Of a DNA stretch of 64,000 nucleotides, positions 52,382-59,912 are shown one piece after another. Below the pieces are notes generated by a model that saw only the letters and a program-made list of their open reading frames with translations, had not been told where the DNA came from and did not search any database. Each line of letters starts with the position of its first letter. Position 1 is the first letter of the stretch. The stretch is from an uncultured Gammaproteobacteria bacterium. Its GTDB lineage: Bacteria; Patescibacteriota; Patescibacteriia; Patescibacteriales; GWC2-42-12. The stretch is taken from the NCBI GenBank assembly GCA_964560005.1, contig CAZLKB010000002.1, positions 128,381 to 192,380 on the forward strand. Direction: 5' to 3'. Made by a program: the position numbers and the translations under genes.

Positions 52382-53263
52382 TTAAGCGGAGCTGAGTTTA
52401 TTAATTTTCAGGAAATAATGGGTCAACAAGAAAATTAAAGAGTAGGCCGTTAGCAGAGATAAGAAAACGATAAAAAAATTATTGGAAAAACCTTGGTAAT
52501 CCGGCTGTGCAATAAATGTGTTCACCCGGCTGGCGCCGTAAATATCAGCCGGTAAAGTTATTTTATCATTGGCAGGCGGCAATACCTCTTGGCTGATAAT
52601 CGCGCGGGTCAACAGGTTTTCCGCGCCGGTCAATCGCGGATCAAATAATTTTACCTCTTCGGGGATCAGGCTTGAATTTAAATGCCAGGATTCGGAATCG
52701 CCGGTAAGAGGCGCGGCCGAACCGACTGCCGGAGCGCCGAATATCTGCACCACCACCGTAGTATCTTGCCCCTGAAATTTCCCCGGCATGGCGGCGATGC
52801 CGGTTTCCTGATAATAGGGGCTTAGAAGATTTTTTTTGTGCAGCGGCGAATTATTCCAAGCCTCCATCACGCCTTCGCTGGTCATAAAATCAATCGCCAG
52901 GTTTTCACCGACATAAGAATAATTATAACCGGTATCTTTGACCCAGCTGGAAAAGGTTTTATCATTAATGGTGTGTTTAAAGGTATTGGCGGCTAAGATT
53001 GATTGGCCCTTTTGAATCGCCGCTTGCGTTAATAGTTGATTGACGGTCAAAGAGTTTAAGCCTTGAGACTGCCTTTCTTGGTTGGTTAATTCAATCAGTT
53101 TTTCCGGCGTGATTGTGGATAAATAAGCCAAACCGGGCAATAAAAAAATCCCTATCAGTGCGCCCAATAGAGACAGCTTTAAATTCGCTTTAATTAATCT
53201 GTTATATTCCTTTTTAGGACCGCCATAAGTAAATATCAGCCGTCCGTTTATTCTTTGAATCAT
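52382..53263 (-). CDS. CAP/SCP-domain secreted protein with membrane anchors
   Basis: LTNQERQSQGL...GENLA...AWNNSPLHKKNLL are CAP-domain blocks. TM segments occur at both the N- and C-termini. Confidence 0.7.
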   Translation of the reverse strand: MIQRINGRLIFTYGGPKKEYNRLIKANLKLSLLGALIGIFLLPGLAYLSTITPEKLIELTNQERQSQGLNSLTVNQLLTQAAIQKGQSILAANTFKHTINDKTFSSWVKDTGYNYSYVGENLAIDFMTSEGVMEAWNNSPLHKKNLLSPYYQETGIAAMPGKFQGQDTTVVVQIFGAPAVGSAAPLTGDSESWHLNSSLIPEEVKLFDPRLTGAENLLTRAIISQEVLPPANDKITLPADIYGASRVNTFIAQPDYQGFSNNFFIVFLSLLTAYSLIFLLTHYFLKINKLSSA

Positions 53264-53412
53264 TTTTATTTTTATCTTTATTTTTGTTTTTTGTCAACTT
53301 TTTTGACTATGATATAATTATAGCACATTATTTTAAAAAAAGCAAGGTTGCTTGATTAATGTCATTCTGGTAAGATAAAAGCAAATGGATTGCCCTAGTT
53401 ACGGTCATAAAG

Positions 53413-53533
53413 TTTTAGCTGGATTAATTTATTTTTTCGTTGCGGATCAAATTCATTATGTGCCGGCCGGTCATTCCGTTCGGCTGAGCTCACGACGAAG
53501 CCTCGTTTCAAAAATAAATTAATCCAGCTAAAA
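53413..53533. repeat. Conserved-core / variable-stem element, copy 2
   Basis: Stem: TTTTAGCTGGATTAATTTATTTTTT (53413-53437) pairs with AAAAATAAATTAATCCAGCTAAAA (53510-53533). The core at 53438-53509 is nearly identical to 45591-45660. Confidence 0.8.
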
Positions 53534-53569
53534 CTAAAATTATTAACTAGCACCATCCATATCAACCAT

Positions 53570-53995
53570 ATGAGAAAAAAAATCATTGTTGCCGTGAGCG
53601 GCTATTTCAACCCCTTGCATGTCGGCCACTTAGAGATGATGGAAAAGGCGAAAGAGCTGGGCGATTACTTGGTGGTTATTGTAAATAACGACCACCAAGT
53701 AAAACTAAAAGGCAGTGTGCCGTTTTTAAATCAGGAGGACAGAATTAAAATCATTTCCGCAATCAGGTGGGTGGATAAGGTTTTTTTATCAATTGATAAA
53801 GACAAAACGGTTTGCCGTTCTTTAGCCAGGGTTAAACCGAATATTTTCGCTCAAGGCGGCGACAGGAACACTGGCAATATTCCCGAAGCCGGTATCTGCC
53901 GGCGGCTGGGCATTAAAATGGTAGACGGGTTGGGCGGGAAGATCAGGTCAAGCTCAACTTTAATCGCGCAGGCCGCGGCTGTTAAAAATAAATAA
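53570..53995 (+). CDS. Cytidylyl/adenylyltransferase-family protein (TagD/RfaE domain II-like)
   Basis: SGYFNPLHVGHLEMM (HxGH motif) and the small nucleotidyltransferase fold. Confidence 0.72.
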   Translation: MRKKIIVAVSGYFNPLHVGHLEMMEKAKELGDYLVVIVNNDHQVKLKGSVPFLNQEDRIKIISAIRWVDKVFLSIDKDKTVCRSLARVKPNIFAQGGDRNTGNIPEAGICRRLGIKMVDGLGGKIRSSSTLIAQAAAVKNK

Positions 53996-54070
53996 TATTA
54001 ATTTTTAAGAGAACTCCAGGCGTATAAAAGATTGGTACAGTTGCTTATAGAGAATAGCTTTAGTGAAATT

Positions 54071-54216
54071 GGGCGGATAAAGATATTTATTTTTTACTCG
54101 AGACGAAATCTGGGTATTTATTCTTAAAATTATTTTATAATAATATAAATTGAATAATTTTAAGAATAAATTACTACGATTTCGTATTCGTTCAAAATAA
54201 ATATCTTTATCCGCCC
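54071..54216. repeat. Nested palindrome upstream of mltG
   Basis: A 23-bp perfect inverted repeat: GGGCGGATAAAGATATTTATTTT (54071-54093) pairs with 54194-54216. It encloses CGAAATC/GATTTCG and TATTTATTCTTAAAATTATT/AATAATTTTAAGAATAAATTA. Confidence 0.85.
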
Positions 54217-54231
54217 ACCAATATAAACTAT

Positions 54232-55242
54232 ATGTTTAAAAAAATAATAATCTTAATAGTTTTAATATTTACAGCAAGTTTTTTTTATTGGCATAGCCTT
54301 AATTCTCCGGTTGATAAAAACGCCGGTGAGCAGATCTTCTTAGTGAACAGCGGCGAAACCATAGAACAGACAGCGGATGATTTAAAAAAAGATAATTTAA
54401 TAAAATCGGTATTTTATTTTAAATATATTATTGACCGCGGCCATCTTAATATTAAGGCCGGCGAATATTTAATCAGCTCTAAATTAAGCACCAAGGAAAT
54501 TATTAAAATTTTAACATCCGGAGAAGCTTTAAGCCAAGAAACAACCATTAGAATAATTGAGGGCTGGAATTTAAAAGACATCGGCGGTTATCTGGAAAAG
54601 AATAATATTGTTTCGCTTAAAGATTTTTTCGGCCTTAGCGGCGCCCGCTTAGACTCCTGGAAATTTAATTTTTCCAAACCGGATTTTTTAAGCGACGCCC
54701 CCGATTCCGCCAATCTGGAGGGTTATTTATTTCCTGATACTTATAAAATTTTTAAAAATGCCGCGGCGGGCGAGATTGTTTTAAAAATGCTGTCTAATTT
54801 TGGAAAGAAACTAACCGCTGAAATGAGGCAGGAAATAAAACGGCAGAACAAGACGATTTATGAAATTATTACCATGGCATCGCTCGTAGAAAAGGAAGTC
54901 AGAACTGTTGATGACATGAAAATCGTTTCCGGAATTTTTTGGAGCAGGATAAAATACGGCACCGCCCTGCAAGCCGACGCTAGCCTGTCCTATATATTAG
55001 ACGATAAAATCGGGGCGCATTCGCTAGAAGATTTAAAAACCGATTCTCCTTATAACACTTATAAATACCGCGGCTTGCCTCCGGGGCCGATTGCCAACCC
55101 CGGGCTTAACGCGATTAAGGCCGCTATCTATCCGGCCGATACCGAATATTATTATTTTCTAAGCGATCCGGCCACGGGGAAAACGATATATAGCAAAACT
55201 TTGGCTGAGCATAATATGAATAAGGCTAAATATTTGAAATAA
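54232..55242 (+). CDS. mltG: Endolytic murein transglycosylase MltG (YceG-like)
   Basis: N-terminal TM helix, LASLVEKE (catalytic Glu region), YNTYKYRGLPPGPIANPG. Confidence 0.88.
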   Translation: MFKKIIILIVLIFTASFFYWHSLNSPVDKNAGEQIFLVNSGETIEQTADDLKKDNLIKSVFYFKYIIDRGHLNIKAGEYLISSKLSTKEIIKILTSGEALSQETTIRIIEGWNLKDIGGYLEKNNIVSLKDFFGLSGARLDSWKFNFSKPDFLSDAPDSANLEGYLFPDTYKIFKNAAAGEIVLKMLSNFGKKLTAEMRQEIKRQNKTIYEIITMASLVEKEVRTVDDMKIVSGIFWSRIKYGTALQADASLSYILDDKIGAHSLEDLKTDSPYNTYKYRGLPPGPIANPGLNAIKAAIYPADTEYYYFLSDPATGKTIYSKTLAEHNMNKAKYLK

Positions 55243-55254
55243 AAATACACCGGC

Positions 55255-55282
55255 TTGACATTATATAGGCTTATGTTAATAT
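55255..55282 (+). promoter_or_regulatory. Candidate promoter of rplJ-rplL
   Basis: TTGACA (55255-55260), 16-nt spacer, TGTTAATAT extended -10 (55274-55282). Confidence 0.55.
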
Positions 55283-55289
55283 GAAATTA

Positions 55290-55390
55290 ATAGTCGCAGA
55301 CAGCAGGTTCCCGCCAAGCGGGATTAAACTCCTGCCGAGACAAAGCTAATTTTAGCTAATCTTATAGTCTGCGTAAAGCAGATTTTTTTG
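55290..55390 (+). promoter_or_regulatory. Structured rplJ leader with terminator/antiterminator alternative (L10-leader-like)
   Basis: CGCAGAC (55295-55301) can pair with GTCTGCG (55367-55373). That segment otherwise forms the TCTGC-GTAAA-GCAGA hairpin followed by T7 (55368-55389). Inner hairpins: CCCGCCAAGCGGG and AGCTAATTTTAGCT. Confidence 0.45.
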
Positions 55391-55434
55391 TATCTGCGAA
55401 TCAACTAACGAATAACGAATAATCTAAAATATTA

Positions 55435-55491
55435 AATCCCCCTAACCCCAGTTTCCGCCCGAGGCGGATCGGCCTTGGGCCGAAAAGGGGG
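55435..55491. repeat. CCCCTAACCCC-family element in the rplJ leader
   Basis: AATCCCCCTAACCCC...AAAAGGGGG encloses the hairpins CCGCCCGAGGCGG and CGGCCTTGGGCCG. Same 5' end as the secA insertions. Confidence 0.7.
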
Positions 55492-55505
55492 TAAAATTCA
55501 ATAGT

Positions 55506-56030
55506 ATGCCAAAGACTAAAGAGCAAAAAAGAACGATTCTAAAAGAATTAACCGAGAAAATCGGTAAAGCCAAGTCAATAGTTTTTGCAAAATACAGCGG
55601 CTTGGGCGTTAAGGATAATGAAGATTTAAGATCAAGGCTGCGCCAAGAAAATAACGAGTATTATGTCGCTAAAAAGACACTGTTTGATTTAAGTTTAAAA
55701 GATAAGGGCATAGCCGGCTTGGAGGTAAAGAAATTTGAAGGCCAGGTGGCGGCAATTTTCGGCTATAGCGACGAAGTTTCTCCGGCTAAAATAGTCGGCC
55801 AGTTTAAGAAAGAAAAAGAAGGCAAGATAGAATTTATCGGCGGCATTTTGGAGAATAAGTATATTAACGCGCAGGAAGTTACTAACTTGTCCAAACTGCC
55901 TTCGCGGAAAGAGCTTTACGCCCAAATCGTCGGCTCTATCAACGCGCCGGTGGCTAATTTCGTCAACGCTTTGGCCGGGAATATCAGGAACTTAGTTCAA
56001 GTCTTAAAAGCGGTCAGCGAGAAAAAATAA
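55506..56030 (+). CDS. rplJ: 50S ribosomal protein L10
   Basis: 174 aa with an L10-typical N-terminus. It is followed by rplL. Confidence 0.92.
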   Translation: MPKTKEQKRTILKELTEKIGKAKSIVFAKYSGLGVKDNEDLRSRLRQENNEYYVAKKTLFDLSLKDKGIAGLEVKKFEGQVAAIFGYSDEVSPAKIVGQFKKEKEGKIEFIGGILENKYINAQEVTNLSKLPSRKELYAQIVGSINAPVANFVNALAGNIRNLVQVLKAVSEKK

Positions 56031-56039
56031 TCAGTTTTA

Positions 56040-56137
56040 ATATAATAATTAATAATTTTAAAATTTTAATTTTTAACGGCCAATCAGCGGAATTATTTTA
56101 AAAATTAAAAATTATAAAATTAAAAATTTATAAACTT
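56040..56137. repeat. AT-rich palindrome between rplJ and rplL
   Basis: AATTTTAAAATTTTAATTTTTAA is mirrored by TTAAAAATTAAAAATTATAAAATTAAAAATT. The centre is CGGCCAATCAGCGG. Confidence 0.6.
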
Positions 56138-56548
56138 ATGCCAGAAGAAAAAAAACAAGAGGAACCAATCGTTGTTCCCGAAAAATTCAAGTCTATCGTT
56201 GAGGTTATTGAGAAAATGTCGGTTTTAGATTTAGCCGAATTGGTCAAAATTTTAGAAAAGAAATTCGGCGTCTCTTCGGCTGCTCCGGCTATGATGATGG
56301 CGGGTCCGGCCGCGGCGGCCGCTCCGGTTGAAGAGAAATCCAGCTTTAATGTTGAATTGACCGAAGCCGGTGCCAACAAAATCGCTGTCATTAAAGCGGT
56401 TCGCGCTTTAACTGAAATCGGCTTAAAAGATGCCAAAGATTTGGTTGATGCCGCTCCCAAGATGTTAAAAGAAGGCGTGAAGAAAGCCGATGCCGAAGCC
56501 ATGAAGAAAGCTTTGGAAGAGGCCGGCGCCAAAGTCACTCTGAAATAA
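56138..56548 (+). CDS. rplL: 50S ribosomal protein L7/L12
   Basis: Ala-rich hinge [16 protein letters not shown] and C-terminal domain [24 protein letters not shown]. Confidence 0.95.
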   Translation: MPEEKKQEEPIVVPEKFKSIVEVIEKMSVLDLAELVKILEKKFGVSSAAPAMMMAGPAAAAAPVEEKSSFNVELTEAGANKIAVIKAVRALTEIGLKDAKDLVDAAPKMLKEGVKKADAEAMKKALEEAGAKVTLK

Positions 56549-56565
56549 ATCGGTTGTTACAAAAA

Positions 56566-56598
56566 AGACGCCTCATTCATCGGGGTGTCTTTTTTTTA
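56566..56598 (+). terminator. Intrinsic terminator after rplL
   Basis: AGACGCC (56566-56572) pairs with GGTGTCT (56584-56590), with one G-T pair. It is followed by T8. Confidence 0.65.
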
Positions 56599-56642
56599 GC
56601 CAAGGCTACTTCGACTAGCCGCCCTGATTTATGTTATATCGG

Positions 56643-58931
56643 TTATTTCAGATGAGACATATCGGCCGCGTAGACAGCGGCGTTATTTAAGAAGTAGATT
56701 TTTTTATTGGCTTCGTCAATTTGAAAATCTTTTAGGTTGTCTAATTTATCGCCGGTATATTGGCAGTTGAATTTTCCTTCTTTGTCAAAAACGACCAGCC
56801 GTTTATTCGCCGGATCTAAAATGTAGATGTAATTTTCTTCCGGTGAAACTATGATTCTTGAGGCTTGATCTAAGATTGGCTCAACGGCGGTTAAAGCCAG
56901 ATCCAGCCTCTCGCCCTTGCCGTATTTTAAGACTTCGCCGCTACTCTTTGATAAGTAAATATTACCGTCGATATCTATGCCGACGGCGTTATTTAAATCT
57001 TCTTTATTATTAAACCAGGCCGTTGGGCTGGCTAATTTATTGCCATTTCTGGTAAAACGATAAATTTGCCCGGCGTCGGCGTCGGCTAAATAAAATCTGT
57101 TGTTATATTGCTTTAAATCAATGGCATTTTTCAGGTCTCCGCTAAAGCCGATTTCCAGGCTGGATAGTTTTAAAGATTTTAAATCCAAAATTTCAACGGT
57201 GTTTGTACCGAGGTAATAAATATTATTATTTTTATCAAGGCTGGGAAAATCCAGGCGGCTTAATCCCGGCTTGCCGGTATTTATCGCGGTGGTGATTTTA
57301 TTTGCCAAATCAACGCTATAGATTGACGACTGGGCTATGTCGGCGGCGTATATTTTTTCTTTGGCCAGAATAATATTTTTAGGATTGGCGCTAGGATTAA
57401 GATTTAAGAAATTAGCTAATTCTACCGGGTTGAGGCGGATAACCTTGCTTATTTTTTCAATTTGCACTTGATGCTTGGCCGCCAAGGCTGAATATTGGTC
57501 TATTTGAGTTTGGTTGTTTTTGGGCAGCTGTTTCAACAGCTCCTTAACTTCAGTTAGCAGTTTACTGGCGCCGGTTTCGTTATTATATAACAGGCTGGCA
57601 TCAATTTGGTTTTGTTTTTGCTCAATCGCGGTAATCAAGCCGGCAAGAATTTCCCGCTCTGCCAGGCTCTTATTTTTCATGCCTTGCCAGCTTAAACTAA
57701 AGGAAAAAATTATAATACAAATAACTAAGGCAGAAAATAAAATTTTATTTATTCTACTCAGCCGTTTATACCAAAATAATGATTTTAAGCCAAGTGTTTT
57801 GGCTTTAAATATGGCATTTTTTATTTTTAGAATTAAATTACGCCAAAATTCCGCCAAGGCTTTTTTGTCGGTGATAATTTTAAAGAAATAAAAAGCTAAG
57901 CCGATTAAATAAATAAATAAATTTTTTAAAGCCTTAAAAATTTTATTAAACGACAACCAAGCCGGCTTCTTTTTCGTAAAAATTTTATCTTTTAATAAAA
58001 AAGCGGTTCGGCTTGTCTTGCCGTCCGGTTTTAAAGTTAAACGGCCCAATAAATTATCAAACCAGGAGGTCCATTTTTTAGCATTGATTAAGCCCGAAGG
58101 AGTTAGCAATTTTTCGGTTTTTTCTTCGGTAACTACCAAATTGTCAATAGAGGCTTTAGTCGAGGCGGCCGGTTGGCTGATGGCCGCGTCCAGGACTTCA
58201 AGGCCGGTGTTATTTTTTATAATAATACCTAAAAACGGCACAAAAGCGTTGATTTTACCGAGCGTATTTTTTATATGTTCGGCCGCGCCCGCCGGAGGCA
58301 GAGTGGTGGTGATATCAATAATTTGCTTGGCCGAAAGGTATTCGGAGAAGGTCTCGCTGGCAAAGATAAAATAGCCGCCACGGGGCAGAGCGCCGCCGAT
58401 GACATTGGAAAAAAGCTTAACGGAACTCGATGATTTTTTAGCCTCGGCCGCGCCGGTTTGTTCGGTGATATCAGCCAATCTGTATTTAGCCGTTTCTCCG
58501 ATCTTGTTTTTATAAATAAGCAAAGCCTTATTTTTTCCTAAATTGGCAAAATTCAAGCCATCATTATGAATAACGCCGATAGTAAGGTTCAGGGTATTGA
58601 GGTTTAGCTTAATTTTTTCAGCCTGTAAAAATTCGGCTAGTTTTTTATTGGTTTTAGCCAAGGCCGATTCAAAGATATGCTCAATTTTAACCGTGCTGAC
58701 CCTTTCTCTTAAAATCATTTTCTCATTCTGGTAATAGTGGTAATTCAGGGTGTTAATTAAAAAGTTAATTAATTTAAGGCAAGCCGCTTTGTTTGATTCA
58801 ATCTCTATTAAAGCGAACAGCTTTCCGGCCAAGGCTTCTTTAACCGCATCGGGCTGGGCAACATAAATCTCCAGCGTAGATTGGCCGCGCTGGGGCGGGG
58901 TCAGAATGAATTGGGCTATTTTATAGTTCAT
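56643..58931 (-). CDS. Large membrane protein with C-terminal NHL/beta-propeller-like repeats
   Basis: 762 aa with central TM helices. The C-terminal repeated IY..D..N.R pattern (IYILDPANKRLVVFDKEGKF) is NHL-like. The N-terminal domain may have a PP2C-like fold; this is tentative. Confidence 0.55.
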   Translation of the reverse strand: MNYKIAQFILTPPQRGQSTLEIYVAQPDAVKEALAGKLFALIEIESNKAACLKLINFLINTLNYHYYQNEKMILRERVSTVKIEHIFESALAKTNKKLAEFLQAEKIKLNLNTLNLTIGVIHNDGLNFANLGKNKALLIYKNKIGETAKYRLADITEQTGAAEAKKSSSSVKLFSNVIGGALPRGGYFIFASETFSEYLSAKQIIDITTTLPPAGAAEHIKNTLGKINAFVPFLGIIIKNNTGLEVLDAAISQPAASTKASIDNLVVTEEKTEKLLTPSGLINAKKWTSWFDNLLGRLTLKPDGKTSRTAFLLKDKIFTKKKPAWLSFNKIFKALKNLFIYLIGLAFYFFKIITDKKALAEFWRNLILKIKNAIFKAKTLGLKSLFWYKRLSRINKILFSALVICIIIFSFSLSWQGMKNKSLAEREILAGLITAIEQKQNQIDASLLYNNETGASKLLTEVKELLKQLPKNNQTQIDQYSALAAKHQVQIEKISKVIRLNPVELANFLNLNPSANPKNIILAKEKIYAADIAQSSIYSVDLANKITTAINTGKPGLSRLDFPSLDKNNNIYYLGTNTVEILDLKSLKLSSLEIGFSGDLKNAIDLKQYNNRFYLADADAGQIYRFTRNGNKLASPTAWFNNKEDLNNAVGIDIDGNIYLSKSSGEVLKYGKGERLDLALTAVEPILDQASRIIVSPEENYIYILDPANKRLVVFDKEGKFNCQYTGDKLDNLKDFQIDEANKKIYFLNNAAVYAADMSHLK

Positions 58932-59070
58932 ATTTTAACTATGGATTATGCCGTTTAACCTACTTTGACTTAATCATACTTCTATTATACAATAAATGCA
59001 TAAATAAGTTAAGCGGTTTTATAGTTAATTGAAAAATTAATATAATCGATTAGCTGTTTAACTAAAATTC

Positions 59071-59682
59071 ATGCTAGAAAAATTATTCGGGTCTAAAGCC
59101 AGGGTAAAAATTTTAAAATTATTTCTGATCCATCCTTTGGAGAAATACTATATTAGGCAATTATCCCGCGATTTAAAATTACAGCTGAATTCAGTGCGCC
59201 GGGAGTTGGAAAATTTGGAAAATTTTGGTATTTTGACTTCCGATGTAAAAGCTGTCAGCCCGGAGGCGCCCGCGGGCGAAGCGGAACCGGCCGCCGGCCA
59301 GGAAAAAAAATATTATCGCGCCAATCCTAACTTTGTCTTATTTGATGAAATTAAAGCCTTAATCGTTAAGGCGCAGATTTTATACGAAAAAGATTTCGTC
59401 AGAAAACTTCAAGCTATCGGCAAGGTAAAACTGCTGGTCTTAACCGGGATCTTCGTTAATAATCCCAGTACCATGATTGATATATTACTGGTCGGTAAAA
59501 TCAATAAAATTAAATTAGTAAAATTGATTAAAGAGCTGGAAATAGAACTTGGCAAAGAAATAAATTTTACCGTCTTTAACCCACAGGAATTCAAATACCG
59601 TCGCGATATTACCGACATTTTTTTATATGGCATTTTAGAGGGCAGGAAGCTTGTGGTGATTGACGAACTAGGGCTAAGCTAA
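59071..59682 (+). CDS. Winged-helix (ArsR-like) DNA-binding protein
   Basis: LFGSKARVKILKLFL...YIRQLSRDLKLQLNSVRRELENLENFGIL is the HTH pattern. Confidence 0.55.
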   Translation: MLEKLFGSKARVKILKLFLIHPLEKYYIRQLSRDLKLQLNSVRRELENLENFGILTSDVKAVSPEAPAGEAEPAAGQEKKYYRANPNFVLFDEIKALIVKAQILYEKDFVRKLQAIGKVKLLVLTGIFVNNPSTMIDILLVGKINKIKLVKLIKELEIELGKEINFTVFNPQEFKYRRDITDIFLYGILEGRKLVVIDELGLS

Positions 59683-59716
59683 GTTGATTAATTAAAGTTA
59701 ATATTCTCTAATATTA

Positions 59717-59742
59717 CACTCTTATAAAGAGTGATTTTTTTT
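59717..59742 (+). terminator. Intrinsic terminator
   Basis: CACTCTT (59717-59723) pairs with AAGAGTG (59727-59733), followed by T8. Confidence 0.7.
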
Positions 59743-59746
59743 ATTC

Positions 59747-59775
59747 TTGACAAGAATTTATTAGTATGATATATT
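59747..59775 (+). promoter_or_regulatory. Candidate promoter of the surface-protein gene
   Basis: TTGACA (59747-59752), 17-nt spacer, TGATATATT extended -10 (59767-59775). Confidence 0.55.
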
Positions 59776-59912
59776 AATAAGTTAAATTAATAATTTTTAA
59801 TTAATTATAATAAAAATGGCTAATATTAATGAAAAAAAATAACAATTTTAATTTACAAAAACAGTTTTTAATTGTCTAATATAATTTGGTGATATAATCA
59901 CCAGTAAAATTT

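Noticed and set aside
53395-53586. Tracked 63-aa minus-strand ORF
   Set aside because: It is the translation of the conserved-core repeat element (copy 2), which also occurs at 45.6 kb in a noncoding context.
56128-56538. 136-aa minus-strand ORF mirroring rplL, and similar antisense ORFs (for example 2092-2550, 9962-10291, 47144-47581, 29633-30043)
   Set aside because: They lie antisense to strongly supported genes. The rplL mirror is open only because of the Ala/Gly-rich codon composition.
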